64,000 bases of DNA from an uncultured Thermomicrobiales bacterium (GCA_902806405.1 CADCWL010000247.1:68003-132002); one strand, 5' to 3'. Positions 46,991 through 56,799 are shown, counted from the stretch's first letter. Numbers and translations are program-made. The notes: generated by a model not told the origin, from the sequence alone.

Positions 46991-48397
46991 CTACGCCGCC
47001 TTCACCGCCGCGATCAGCTTGCCAAGCGAGTCCTTCGCGTCCCCGAAGAGCATCGTCGTGTTCGGGGCGTGGAAGAGCTCGTTCTCGATCCCCGCAAACC
47101 CCGACTTCATGCTCCGCTTCAGGACGATCACCTGCTCCGCCTGGTCGACGTTCAGGATCGGCATCCCGTAGATCGGGCTGCTGCTGTCGTTGCGGGCTGC
47201 CGGGTTCGTCACATCGTTGGCGCCAATCACCAGCGCCACCTGCGTCCTGGCGAAGTCATCGTTGATCTCGTCCATCTCTTTCAGGTCGTCGTACGGCACG
47301 TTCGCCTCGGCCAGCAGCACGTTCATGTGCCCCGGCATCCGGCCCGCCACCGGGTGGATCGCGTACTTGACGTCGACCCCCCGCTCCTCCAGCACGTCGG
47401 CCAGCTCCCGCACCGTGTGCTGCGCCTGCGCCACCGCCAAGCCGTAGCCGGGAACGATGATTACCCGCTCCGCGTAGGCGAGCGGCACCGCCGCGTCCTC
47501 GGCGCTCGTCTCCCGCACCGGCTGCGCCTCGCCCACCGCCGCTCCGCCGCCGCCGGCCGCCGCCGGTGCCGCGCCGAACGCTCCGAAGAGGACGTTGGTC
47601 ACGGAACGGTTCATCGCGCGCGCCATCAGCAGCGTCAGCAGCGAGCCGGACGCGCCGACGAGCGCCCCGGCCACGACCAGCGCCTGGTTGCCGAGCACGA
47701 ATCCGGTCAGCGCCGCCGCCAGCCCGGTCAGGGAGTTCAGGATCGCGATCACGACCGGCATGTCGGCGCCGCCGATCGGCAGCACCAGCAGCGCCCCGAG
47801 CGCGAGCGCGGCCAGGAAGAGGGGCACCAGTAGCGCCTGCGCCACCCCACCGCTACCGAGCGCGATCACCAGCACCGCGAGCAGCAGCACCGCGCCCCCC
47901 AGCGCCGCGTTGATCACTCGCTGCGAGGGGAAGACGATCGGCCGTCCCGACATCAGCTCCTGCAGCTTGGCGAAGGCGATCATGCTGCCGGTGAAGGAGA
48001 TCGAACCGATCAGCGTCCCGAGCACGATCGAGGTCGTCTCGCCCCGACCGATGTCGGTCGCGTGCTCGAACTCGACGACCGAGACGAGCGCGGCCGTCGC
48101 ACCGCCCATCCCGTTGAAGATAGCCACCATCTGCGGCATCGCCGTCATCTTGACGGTCCGCGAGGGGACGATCGAGGCCCCCGCCCCGACCACGATCCCG
48201 ATCACGATCAGGAGGTGGTTCTGCAGTCCCCGCGTGAAGACCGTCGCCAGCACGGCGACCGCCATCCCCACCGCGGCCAGTTGGTTCCCCCGCCGCGCCG
48301 TCGCCGGCGAGCCGAGCTGCTTCAGCCCGACGATGAAGAGGACCGACGCGACCACGTAGCTCAGGTCGATCAGCGCATCCCGCCAGTTCTCGATCAT
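46991..48397 (-). CDS. pntB: NAD(P) transhydrogenase subunit beta
   Basis: Multi-TM N-terminal half. NADP(H) domain IIVPGYGLAVAQAQH, VKYAIHPVAGRMPGHMNVLLAEA, VIGANDVTNPAA. ATGA overlap with the upstream pntA part 2. Confidence 0.93.
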   Translation of the reverse strand: MIENWRDALIDLSYVVASVLFIVGLKQLGSPATARRGNQLAAVGMAVAVLATVFTRGLQNHLLIVIGIVVGAGASIVPSRTVKMTAMPQMVAIFNGMGGATAALVSVVEFEHATDIGRGETTSIVLGTLIGSISFTGSMIAFAKLQELMSGRPIVFPSQRVINAALGGAVLLLAVLVIALGSGGVAQALLVPLFLAALALGALLVLPIGGADMPVVIAILNSLTGLAAALTGFVLGNQALVVAGALVGASGSLLTLLMARAMNRSVTNVLFGAFGAAPAAAGGGGAAVGEAQPVRETSAEDAAVPLAYAERVIIVPGYGLAVAQAQHTVRELADVLEERGVDVKYAIHPVAGRMPGHMNVLLAEANVPYDDLKEMDEINDDFARTQVALVIGANDVTNPAARNDSSSPIYGMPILNVDQAEQVIVLKRSMKSGFAGIENELFHAPNTTMLFGDAKDSLGKLIAAVKAA

Positions 48398-48705
48398 CGC
48401 CCCTGCGCTCCCCCGGGTTGACCCGGCCGCTTCCGGAACATCTGGAGCATCCGGTCCGTCACCACAAAGCCGCCGAAGACATTGGCGGCCCCGAGCACGA
48501 CCGCAACGAACCCGAGCGCCTGCAGCAGGAAGCCGTCGACCCGCCCCAGGACCAGCATCGCGCCCAGCAGGACGATACCGTGGATCGCGTTCGTCCCCGA
48601 CATCAGCGGCGTGTGCAGCGTCGCCGGCACCCGCCCGATCAGCTCGATTCCGAGAAAGATCGCCAGCAGAAAGACATACGCCCCGAGCAAGACCTCGTTG
48701 TCCAT
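48394..48705 (-). CDS. pntA: NAD(P) transhydrogenase subunit alpha, part 2 (membrane)
   Basis: FLLAIFLGIELIGRVPATLHTPLMSGTNAIHGIVLLGA. ATG 48705 follows GGAGG. Confidence 0.9.
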   Translation of the reverse strand: MDNEVLLGAYVFLLAIFLGIELIGRVPATLHTPLMSGTNAIHGIVLLGAMLVLGRVDGFLLQALGFVAVVLGAANVFGGFVVTDRMLQMFRKRPGQPGGAQGR

Positions 48706-48865
48706 CCCACCCTCCACCGACTGTCGCCGTCAACCGCCGCTTGGATCGTCGATCGCCCCGCTGCTCCACTCCCCCGTCCCCAGCCCCCGGAGGGGCTTCG
48801 TCGGTTCAGCAGGGGGGCGTCAGCTCCGCGCACGGGAAAACCACAGCTCGGCGTGCCACCCCCCA

Positions 48866-50197
48866 TCAATCCCCCCGCGCCACCTCCGCCGCCCGCCCCG
48901 GGTCCCCCGCCGCTTCGGGGTTGGTGGCCGCCGCCAACTCCTGCCCCTGCGCCGGCTCCGCTACCGGCGTCGGCGTCGGAGCCGACGCCGTTCCGTCGAG
49001 CCCGAGCCGCTGCCGCGTGGCCTCGTGGACCACCTCGCCACCGCGCGTGATGCAGGTCCCCTTCACCACCGCGTCGGCGAAGTCGGGCACGAACCGGCCC
49101 TCCTTAACGAGCAGTGCCAACAGGTTCTGAACGTTTTTGGAGTACATCTGGCTGGCATGGACCGGCATCGTGCTCGGCAGGTTCAGCAGCCCGATGACCG
49201 TCACCCCCTCCCGGACGACCACCTCTCCTGGCTCGGTCAGCTCGCAGTTGCCGCCCGTCTCCGCCGCCAGGTCGACGATCACCGAGCCGGGCCGCATCTG
49301 ACGCACCGTCTCGGCCGAGATCAGCCGCGGCGCCGGCCGGCCCGGCACGAGCGCGGTCGTGATGACGACGTCGGAGCGCGCCGCTCGCTCCGCCAGCTTC
49401 TCCTGCTGGCGCCGCAGCACGTCGGCCGACGCCTCTTTGGCGTAGCCGCCGACGTCCTGCGCGTCGGTCTGCCCGGTGTCGATCTCGACGAAGCGGGCGC
49501 CAAGGCTCTCGACCTGCTCCTTGACGACCGGCCGGGTGTCGTACGCCTCGACCACCGCCCCCAGCCGCCGCGCCGTCGCGATCGCCTGCAAACCGGCCAC
49601 GCCGGCGCCGACGACCAGCACCTTGGCCGGCGTAATCGAGCCCGCCGCCGTCGTCAGCATCGGGAAGAACCTCGGGAGGTGGTCGGCGGCCAACAGAACC
49701 GCCTTGTAGCCGGCCACCGTGCTCTGCGAGGAGAGGACGTCCATCGACTGGGCGCGGGTGATCCGCGGGATGGCGTCCATGCTGAAGGCGGTGATCCCCT
49801 TCGCCGCCAGCGCTTGGACCAACTCCCCGTTGGAGAGCGGCGCGAGCAACGCGATCAGCGCCGACCCGTCCGGTAGCAGCGGCACCTCGTCGTCGGACGG
49901 CCGCTGGACCTTGATCGCGAGGTCGGCCCGCCGGTAGAGCTCCGCCGCGTTCGGCACGATCGTGGCGCCCGCCTCCTCGTAGGCGGCGTCGGCGACGCCC
50001 GCTTCCTCCCCCGCTCCCGCCTCGACCAGCACAAACGCGCCGGAGCCGGTGAGCCGCTTCACCGCGTCGGGAATCAAGCCGACGCGGCGCTCACCAGCCG
50101 CCGTCTCCCGTGCCACACCGATCGTCAGCCGGCCCCCCGCCGACCCGCCGTCCCGCTCGCCCAAGCTACCGCCCTCCCCGATCCCGCCCCGTCGCAC
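48866..50197 (-). CDS. pntA: NAD(P) transhydrogenase subunit alpha, part 1 (NAD(H)-binding), with a Pro/Ala-rich C-terminal tail
   Basis: IGVARETAAGERRVGLIPD and the Rossmann motif VLVVGAGVAGLQAIATARRLGA. About 50 extra C-terminal residues (TASAPTPTPVAEPAQGQ...). A likely alternative start is TTG ~50164, after GGGGAGGG. Confidence 0.9.
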   Translation of the reverse strand: MRRGGIGEGGSLGERDGGSAGGRLTIGVARETAAGERRVGLIPDAVKRLTGSGAFVLVEAGAGEEAGVADAAYEEAGATIVPNAAELYRRADLAIKVQRPSDDEVPLLPDGSALIALLAPLSNGELVQALAAKGITAFSMDAIPRITRAQSMDVLSSQSTVAGYKAVLLAADHLPRFFPMLTTAAGSITPAKVLVVGAGVAGLQAIATARRLGAVVEAYDTRPVVKEQVESLGARFVEIDTGQTDAQDVGGYAKEASADVLRRQQEKLAERAARSDVVITTALVPGRPAPRLISAETVRQMRPGSVIVDLAAETGGNCELTEPGEVVVREGVTVIGLLNLPSTMPVHASQMYSKNVQNLLALLVKEGRFVPDFADAVVKGTCITRGGEVVHEATRQRLGLDGTASAPTPTPVAEPAQGQELAAATNPEAAGDPGRAAEVARGD

Positions 50198-50516
50198 GGA
50201 CCGCGTCTCCGCCCCCGCGCCGGCCTCGCCGATCGCCCGCCCAACGGTGCGGCGCGTCGCCCACGACGCCCGCGACGCCGCGCCGACCGGGCGGTGTGGT
50301 TCGCTTCCGGTACCCTCGTCGGCGCGGATTCTACACGGTAGCCGCGGCCGCCGGGCGCGCTCGCTTCCGCGCGTCGGCGAAGCAGGCCGCGGCGACCGGC
50401 AAGTGGGAGGGAGGCCCGACGATCACCTAGGCAAGGGGCTCCCGCGAAACCGGCCGCAGGAAGGACCCATCGGCGCTCGCGTGGTTGGAAGGTTGGCAGG
50501 ACATCGGCCTCGACAC

Positions 50517-50552
50517 GCTCAGACGCCACCGGTTCCCCGGTGGCGTCTGAGC
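50517..50552. terminator. 16-bp perfect hairpin between the recQ unit and the pnt operon
   Basis: GCTCAGACGCCACCGG-ttcc-CCGGTGGCGTCTGAGC. A T-rich tail (GTCTTGGTGGTTTTG) is present only on the plus strand, although both flanking units are on the minus strand. Confidence 0.6.
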
Positions 50553-50618
50553 GTCTTGGTGGTTTTGCTCCCGCCCGGCGCCGGTCGTCTCGGTCGCCGG
50601 CGCCGAGGACGGGACGCG

Positions 50619-50762
50619 CTAGCGGCGGACCAACGGACCCCGCGTCGGCTGCGGGCGCCGGACCGGCACCGGGACGAGGACGGGCGCCGGCCGAACCGCC
50701 TGCCCGAGGAGCTTCTCGAGCCACCCGGCGATCTTGTCGGCGAGGGAGGTGGGGCGTGCCAT
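50619..50762 (-). CDS. Candidate small protein (47 aa)
   Basis: ATG 50762 is preceded by GCGGAG. Nearly all third positions are G/C. Sequence: MARPTSLADKIAGWLEKLLGQAVRPAPVLVPVPVRRPQPTRGPLVRR. No homolog recognised. Confidence 0.4.
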   Translation of the reverse strand: MARPTSLADKIAGWLEKLLGQAVRPAPVLVPVPVRRPQPTRGPLVRR

Positions 50763-51026
50763 CGACTGCTCCGCGCTTCGGGACCGAATCGTCCCGTCCC
50801 TCAAAGATACGTTTCGCCCGTTCGTCGGGTTCTCTCCGGTCGCGACCGAAGGGTCCGCCTCAGGCCCCGACCGCAGGGCAAGCAGCATGCCACAAGCTCC
50901 TGCCAATGCGGCCCCTTCACGGCGGACCTGTTGCAACCGCGACGGCCTGCCTCGGTCCCCCTTCCCTCGCTGCCAGGGGCCCCCGGCAACCGGCGTATCC
51001 GGGACGCGCCCCCCCGGCCGAAACCG

Positions 51027-52685
51027 TTAGCTGGCAACCCGAAGCAGCCCCTCCTCTTTCACGAGGTCGACGCCCAGCGTCCGGTATCCCACCGTGTCGA
51101 ACAGCACCACCACCTTGCCGTCGCCGGCGCGCATCACCGTGCCGGACCCCCAGTTTCGATGCACGACCAGGCAATTGACCGGGAAGGGCGTGTTGTCATC
51201 GTCGACGGGGATCACGAGCCCCGCCTCGCAGACGTCGCACCGCCCGCACGGGGGGGCGTACGCTTCCCCGAAGTAGTTGAGCAGGTACTCTCGGCGACAA
51301 CCGGTCGTCTGCGCGTAGCCACGGATCATGTCGACCCGGGAGCGGGCGAAGCGCCGCAGGTTCTCCTGCGCCTCCGCCGCCTGCGCCGCCGCCTCGTCGA
51401 CGTCCGCCCCCTTCGAGGAGCGGACCCTGCCGGTCGGCGTCACGTCGACCGCCCCCACCTCCTCCAACCGGCTCAGCGCGACCGTCACCTTCGACGCCGG
51501 CAGGTCGACCTCCTCCGCGATCTTGGCCGGCGTCATCGCCCGCGGGTGACCATGGACGGCCTCGGCGACCGCCTCCATCTGCTCCTCGTCGACGCGGCCG
51601 GCCCCCGCAAAGAAGCGCCGCAGGTTCAGGTCCTCCTCGCGGAAGAAGAGGGCCGCCTGGGCCGGTTCACCGTCCCGCCCGGCGCGGCCGATCTCCTGGT
51701 AATAGGCATCGACCGACTCACTGACATCGAGGTGAAAGACGAAGCGGACGTTCGGCTTGTCGATCCCCATCCCGAACGCCGTCGTAGCGACGATCACCTC
51801 GGCGGCGTCCTCCCGGAACGCCTCCTGGACGCGGACCCGCTCCCGGGCCGGCATCCCGGCGTGGTAGGCGAGCGCCACGACCCCCCGCTCCACGAGGTTC
51901 TGCGCCAGCTCCGCTGCACGCTTCCGGGTCGCCGCGTAGACAATCCCCGGCTTCGGCGCCGCGACGGCCGCCGCCATCAGCGCCTCCCGCTTCTCCCCTT
52001 CGTCCTCGAACCGCTCGACGACGAGGCGAATGTTCGGCCGGTCGAACCCTTCGACGATGAGGTTCGGCTCGCGCATTCCGAGCCGCTCGCAGATCTCCTC
52101 CCGCACCGGCGCCGAGGCGGTCGCCGTCAACGCCAGCGTCCGGGGGCGACCTAAATCCGCGATCACCGCGCCGAGCCGCAGGTACTCCGGCCGGAAGTCA
52201 TGCCCCCACTCGCTCACGCAGTGCGCCTCGTCAACGACGAACAACGCCGGCTTGATCGCGCGCAGCCGCGCCATCGTCTCCTCGTTCGCGAACTGCTCGG
52301 GGGCAAGAAAAAGGAACTCGATCTCCCCCTCGGCCAACTCCGTGAACGCCGCGTCCCGCGCCGCCTCCCGGACCGTCGAGTTGACCTCGGCGGCGCCTCC
52401 CACGTCCTCCCCCACGATCGACTCCACCTGGTCGCGCTGGAGCGCGATCAGCGGCGAGACGACCACCGTCGCCCCCTCGATCATACTGCCCGCGATCTGG
52501 TAGATCGCCGACTTTCCCGACCCGGTCGGCATCACCGCCAGGGTGTCTTGCCCGGCCAGCGTCGAGAGGATCGCCTCCTCCTGGCCCGGGCGGAACCCCT
52601 TGTAGCCGAACCGTTCGCGCGCCACACGGCGCATCCGCGCCGCCTGCCCCTTCACCGTCCCCACCCGCTCGCGCTCCTCGTTCAC
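51027..52685 (-). CDS. recQ: RecQ family ATP-dependent DNA helicase
   Basis: FRPGQEEAI, MPTGSGKS, DEAHCVSEWGHDFRPEY, and the Zn-binding CRREYLLNYFGE..CGRCDVC. The C-terminus is a small beta domain (VVHRNWGSGTVM..VVVLFDTVGYRTL) rather than an obvious HRDC. GTG start. Confidence 0.92.
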   Translation of the reverse strand: MNEERERVGTVKGQAARMRRVARERFGYKGFRPGQEEAILSTLAGQDTLAVMPTGSGKSAIYQIAGSMIEGATVVVSPLIALQRDQVESIVGEDVGGAAEVNSTVREAARDAAFTELAEGEIEFLFLAPEQFANEETMARLRAIKPALFVVDEAHCVSEWGHDFRPEYLRLGAVIADLGRPRTLALTATASAPVREEICERLGMREPNLIVEGFDRPNIRLVVERFEDEGEKREALMAAAVAAPKPGIVYAATRKRAAELAQNLVERGVVALAYHAGMPARERVRVQEAFREDAAEVIVATTAFGMGIDKPNVRFVFHLDVSESVDAYYQEIGRAGRDGEPAQAALFFREEDLNLRRFFAGAGRVDEEQMEAVAEAVHGHPRAMTPAKIAEEVDLPASKVTVALSRLEEVGAVDVTPTGRVRSSKGADVDEAAAQAAEAQENLRRFARSRVDMIRGYAQTTGCRREYLLNYFGEAYAPPCGRCDVCEAGLVIPVDDDNTPFPVNCLVVHRNWGSGTVMRAGDGKVVVLFDTVGYRTLGVDLVKEEGLLRVAS

Positions 52686-52851
52686 CCGTTCCGTCCACCC
52701 CCGGTCCCGCCGTCGCGCCGGGGATCTCCATTTCGCAACGCCCGTGCCGTACGTACACGGTCATGTCGCCGAGGTGACGATAGGTATTGGCACGCGGCGT
52801 GCCTTCACCGGCACGCGTCTGGCCGTCCGTCGTTCGTCTCCAGGGGAACCG

Positions 52852-53214
52852 ATGAACCTCCGCTTCGTCCCGACCAAGGCCCACGGCGTCCTCGACTACC
52901 TGTCGGTTGCGACCCTCCTCGCGGCGCCTCGTGCCCTCGGTTGGGGTCCGCGCACGACCAAACTGCTGACGGGCGCCGCGGCCGGCACGCTCGTCTACAG
53001 CCTCCTCACCCGCTACGAGCTCGGTCTCAAAAAGGTCCTGCCAATGCCCGGCCACCTCGCGCTCGACGCCGCAGGTGGCGCCCTCTTCTGCGCCGCCCCC
53101 ATGCTCCTCCCGGAGGAGGACGGCTCGGTGGGCGCTGCGCTGATCGGCTTCGGCCTCTTCGAGATCGGCGCGGCCCTCGCCACCCGGACGCAGCCGCCCG
53201 CCCTTCCCGGCTGA
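52852..53214 (+). CDS. Hypothetical small membrane protein
   Basis: ATG 52852 follows AGGGGA. Four hydrophobic spans (VLDYLSVATLLAAP, LLTGAAAGTLVYSLL, LALDAAGGALFCAAPML, AALIGFGLFEIGAAL). Confidence 0.6.
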   Translation: MNLRFVPTKAHGVLDYLSVATLLAAPRALGWGPRTTKLLTGAAAGTLVYSLLTRYELGLKKVLPMPGHLALDAAGGALFCAAPMLLPEEDGSVGAALIGFGLFEIGAALATRTQPPALPG

Positions 53215-53309
53215 ACCGACGCGCCCCCGCCCGTCGCCCCAACCCCCATCGCTGAGGGCGTCCGTACACCTCATACTGTGCTCCGTCACCGGTCGCGATC
53301 GGAGGTTGC

Positions 53310-53870
53310 GTGGCGATCCAGACGCTCCCGTCGGCGCCGTCGAAACCGACCGTGACCGGTGCCACGGAGGGTGGTGGAAGCCCCCGCCGCGAGTTCCTCT
53401 CCGACCTGGTGGACGATCTGCGGGCGCGGCTGCCGGACGGCCTGGCCGATTTTCGACACCGCCCCGGCATGAGCCTGGTAAAGCTCTTCTACGCGAATGA
53501 GCGCGTCCACTTCGAAGTCTGGATCGATGGAGGGCGCGGCCACCTCGGGCTCGGGCTCCACTTCGAAGACGGTCCCGTCAGCACCGCCGCCTACCTCGCC
53601 TTCTTCGACGCCCGGATCGTCGAGCTCAAACACGACCTCGGTTCGGGGCTGGAGCTGGAGCGGTGGACCGCCTCCTGGGGCCACCTCTACGAGGTTGTCC
53701 CGCTCCCCCGGCTCGACGCCGCCGCCGTCCGCCGCACCGCCGACCGCCTCGCCGCCCTGATCGTTGCCCTTCAGCCGCTCGTCGAGGCCGCCGCCGTTCC
53801 CCCGGAGCGATCCGCCGCCGACGCCGGGCCTCGCGGCCCGTGGCGCTCCCGGCGCCGAGGCCCCGGTTAG
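53310..53870 (+). CDS. Hypothetical protein
   Basis: GTG start 5 nt after GGAGG. High GC3. Sequence: ...LVKLFYANERVHFEVWIDGGRGHLGLGLHFEDG... No family recognised. Confidence 0.6.
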   Translation: MAIQTLPSAPSKPTVTGATEGGGSPRREFLSDLVDDLRARLPDGLADFRHRPGMSLVKLFYANERVHFEVWIDGGRGHLGLGLHFEDGPVSTAAYLAFFDARIVELKHDLGSGLELERWTASWGHLYEVVPLPRLDAAAVRRTADRLAALIVALQPLVEAAAVPPERSAADAGPRGPWRSRRRGPG

Positions 53871-54069
53871 CCCCGCCCGATTGGCGGCCCGCTGGTCGAT
53901 CTGCCCCAACCCGTCCTTGGCCAGACGCCGAACCGCCCGCACCGCCCTCGATCCACTGCCACCGCCCCGACGACCCAGCCCCCCACGGTAGCGGCACCCT
54001 GCTTGCGTCTGATCCCCGCGAAGGATCCGCGAGATCGACGGATCGTCGGGTGAAGGAGGTGCGCGCGCG

Positions 54070-55566
54070 ATGGCGGACGAAGCGAGCGCACCGGCCCGGT
54101 CGGCGATCGAGCGCGTACCGACCGCTATCGCGGGGCTGGACGAGGTGTTGGGCGGCGGGTTCCTCCGCGGAGGCTCCTACCTCGTCCTGGGAGAGCCTGG
54201 AACCGGCAAGACGACGCTCGGTAACCAGATCGCCCACGGCCATGCCCGGTCCGGGGGCGTCGCCCTCTACGTCACCATCCTCGCCGAGGCGCACGACCGG
54301 ATGCTCCTCCACCTCGGCGGTTTTGCCTTCTTCGATCCCTCGCTGGTCGGGAGCGGCGTCGGCTATCTGAGCCTCTTCGACGACCTCCATCGGGGCGGTC
54401 TCGAGGCCGCCCTGACCGCGCTCCGCCGCTCCGTGCAGGAGCACCACGCCACCCTGCTGGTGATCGACGGTGCCGGTCGCTTCGAGGACTTCGCTCCGTC
54501 CCGCGCCGAATACCGGCGGCTCAGCGCTGAGCTGCACCAGCAACTCAGCCTCCTCGGCTGCACCACGCTGCTCCTCGCCCAGCCCACCGTCGGGGCCGAC
54601 CCGATGCATACCCTTGGCACCCACGTCGACGGCATCCTCCTCATGGAGGACCACCTGCTTGAAACCCGGGCGACCAGAATGCTGTTGGTGCCCAAGATGC
54701 GGGGCACCGACACGCTACGCGGCCACCACGCCTTCGCCATCACCGGCGCCGGGGTGGAGGTGTATCCCCGTCTGGAAGCGGCACTCGTTCCTCCGCCGCC
54801 GCCCGTTCCCCGACGCCGGCGGCATCCGCTCGGGATCGCGGGGCTGGACACGGTGCTGATCGGGGGGGTGCTAACCGGCTCGACGACCCTGGTTGTTGGA
54901 CCGCCGGGGATTGGCAAGACGAGCGTTGGTCTCCAGTTCATCACCGAGGGCGCGGAGCACGGGGAGCGGGGTCTGATCGCCGGCTTTCAGGAGGCGCCGG
55001 AGCGGCTGGTGGCAAAGGCCGAGGGTCTCGGGCTTGGTCTCGGCGGCCACGTCGAGGCGGATCGGATCCGGTTCCTGTGGCAGCCGTCGACGGGGCGCCC
55101 GATCGACGCCTGGGCGGGGGAGCTGCTCGCCGCCGTCGCCGAGTACCGCCCCCAGCGGGTGCTGGTCGACGCCTTCACCGACATGGCGCGGCTGGCGACC
55201 GACGCCGGTCGATTGCCGGCCTTCACCCGCGCCCTCGCCTCCGCCTTGCGCGCCCGCGGTGCCACGACGCTGCTCACCGCCGAGGTGCCGACCGTCGAGG
55301 GGACCGGGCTCGACGTTCCACTGCCGGAAGCGTCGGCGACGATCGACAACGCCGTCCTGCTCCGCTACGTTGAGCCCCGCTCCCGCCTCCACCGCCTCGT
55401 CTCCGTCCTCCGCGTCCGCGAGAGCGGCTTCGACCCGGCCGTCCGCGAGTTCGCGATCACCGACCGCGGGATCGAGGTCGACCCCTCGGGGGAAGCGGCC
55501 GAAGTTATCCTGACCGACGCCGCCCGGCGCGCGTCCGGGACGAGCGCCGACGGGGACGACGGATGA
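54070..55566 (+). CDS. KaiC-like double RecA-domain ATPase
   Basis: Two tandem domains, each with GLD..LGGG. Walker A GEPGTGKTT and GPPGIGKTS. Walker B LLVIDGAG and RVLVDAFT. 498 aa. Confidence 0.85.
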   Translation: MADEASAPARSAIERVPTAIAGLDEVLGGGFLRGGSYLVLGEPGTGKTTLGNQIAHGHARSGGVALYVTILAEAHDRMLLHLGGFAFFDPSLVGSGVGYLSLFDDLHRGGLEAALTALRRSVQEHHATLLVIDGAGRFEDFAPSRAEYRRLSAELHQQLSLLGCTTLLLAQPTVGADPMHTLGTHVDGILLMEDHLLETRATRMLLVPKMRGTDTLRGHHAFAITGAGVEVYPRLEAALVPPPPPVPRRRRHPLGIAGLDTVLIGGVLTGSTTLVVGPPGIGKTSVGLQFITEGAEHGERGLIAGFQEAPERLVAKAEGLGLGLGGHVEADRIRFLWQPSTGRPIDAWAGELLAAVAEYRPQRVLVDAFTDMARLATDAGRLPAFTRALASALRARGATTLLTAEVPTVEGTGLDVPLPEASATIDNAVLLRYVEPRSRLHRLVSVLRVRESGFDPAVREFAITDRGIEVDPSGEAAEVILTDAARRASGTSADGDDG

Positions 55567-55946
55567 ACGGCGAAGCGCGCGCTCCGCGTAAGATCCTGGT
55601 CGTCGACGACGAGCCCGCCATCCGCTCCTTCCTCGTGGAGTTGCTTGAGGCGGAGGGCTACCGCACGGCATCGGCACCCAACGGTCGGATCGCCGTCGAA
55701 CTGGCGGCCCGGGAACGGCCCGATCTGGTCCTCTCCGACGTCATGATGCCGGAGCTCGACGGACCCGGCATGGTCCGCTCCTTGCGGGCCGCGCCGGACC
55801 TGGCCGAGGTACCGATCGTCCTCATGAGCGCGGCCAACGGCGCCGTCCCACTCGACCCGTCGATCACCGCCTTTCTCCCCAAACCGTTCGACCTCGACGA
55901 CCTCCTGGCGGTCGTCGCCCGGTCCCTCCACCCCCCTGCCCGCTAA
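55563..55946 (+). CDS. Stand-alone response regulator receiver (CheY-like)
   Basis: ILVVDDEP, phospho-acceptor context LVLSDVMMPELDG, conserved S/T (VLMSA) and LPKPF. ATGA overlap with the KaiC-like gene. Confidence 0.9.
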   Translation: MNGEARAPRKILVVDDEPAIRSFLVELLEAEGYRTASAPNGRIAVELAARERPDLVLSDVMMPELDGPGMVRSLRAAPDLAEVPIVLMSAANGAVPLDPSITAFLPKPFDLDDLLAVVARSLHPPAR

Positions 55947-56096
55947 CCGGGATTCCGTGAATGTTAGGGCGTCCGCGTCGCCCGCTCACGCTCTAGACCG
56001 AGCCCGCACCCTACGACGTCGACCTCAAAAGGGAACCTCCCACAATCGCTCGGATTCTGCGGACTCGACGAATCTTCTTCGCCCGGGAAACGGAAG

Positions 56097-56119
56097 GGGG
56101 CGGCCGGTTGGGCCGCCCC
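56097..56119 (-). terminator. Terminator hairpin downstream of sodA
   Basis: GGGGCGGCC-ggttg-GGCCGCCCC. On the minus strand it is followed by CUUCCGUUUCCC. Confidence 0.6.
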
Positions 56120-56169
56120 GTCTCTCACGTATCCTCGCCTAACGCGGCCGGCGGACGGCCGAATCCGCG

Positions 56170-56799
56170 CTACTGCGCCCGCGCCTGCTCGTACCGCCTG
56201 CTTACCGCGTCCCAGTTGACCGCGTTCCACCAGGCGGCGAGGTAGTCGGGCCGCCGGTTCTGGTACTTCAGGTAGTAGGAGTGCTCCCAGACGTCGACGC
56301 CCAGGATCGGGTGCCCGCTGACCTCGGCCACCCCCGTCATGTACGGGTTGTCCTGGTTCGCCGTGCTCGTCACCTGCAGCGTGCCGTCGGCGCCGAGCAC
56401 CACCCATGCCCAGCCGGAGCCAAAGCGCCCGGTGGCCGCCTTGTTGACCGCCTCCTTCATCGCGTCGACGGAGCCGAATGCCTGGGTGATCGCCTCGGCT
56501 AGCGCGCCCGTCGGCTGGCCGCCGCCATTCGGCCCCATGATCTCCCAGAACATCGTGTGGTTGACGTGCCCGCCGCCGTTGTTGCGGACCGCCGTCCGCT
56601 TCTCCTCCGGCACCCGGCCCAGGTTGCCCATCAGCTCCTGCGGGTCCATGCCCTCGAATTCGGTCCCCTGGACCGCCGCGTTCAGGTTCGTGACGTAGGT
56701 CTGGTGGTGCTTGTCGTGGTGCAACCGCATCGTCTGCTCATCGATGTGGGGCTCCAGCGCCGCGTAGTCGTACGGCAGCGGGGGAAGTTCGAAGGCCAT
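56170..56799 (-). CDS. sodA: Fe/Mn superoxide dismutase
   Basis: [42 protein letters not shown] 56799 follows AAGGAG. Confidence 0.95.
   Translation of the reverse strand: MAFELPPLPYDYAALEPHIDEQTMRLHHDKHHQTYVTNLNAAVQGTEFEGMDPQELMGNLGRVPEEKRTAVRNNGGGHVNHTMFWEIMGPNGGGQPTGALAEAITQAFGSVDAMKEAVNKAATGRFGSGWAWVVLGADGTLQVTSTANQDNPYMTGVAEVSGHPILGVDVWEHSYYLKYQNRRPDYLAAWWNAVNWDAVSRRYEQARAQ

Noticed and set aside
52788-52803. TGGCACGCGGCGTGCC, resembling a sigma-54 -24/-12 element (TGGCAC-n5-tTGC), upstream of the KaiC-like cluster
   Set aside because: The -12 element reads GTGC, not TTGC. The sequence is itself a 7-bp-arm palindrome (GGCACGC-g-GCGTGCC), so it could equally be an operator. There is no enhancer-binding protein or rpoN evidence in the window.
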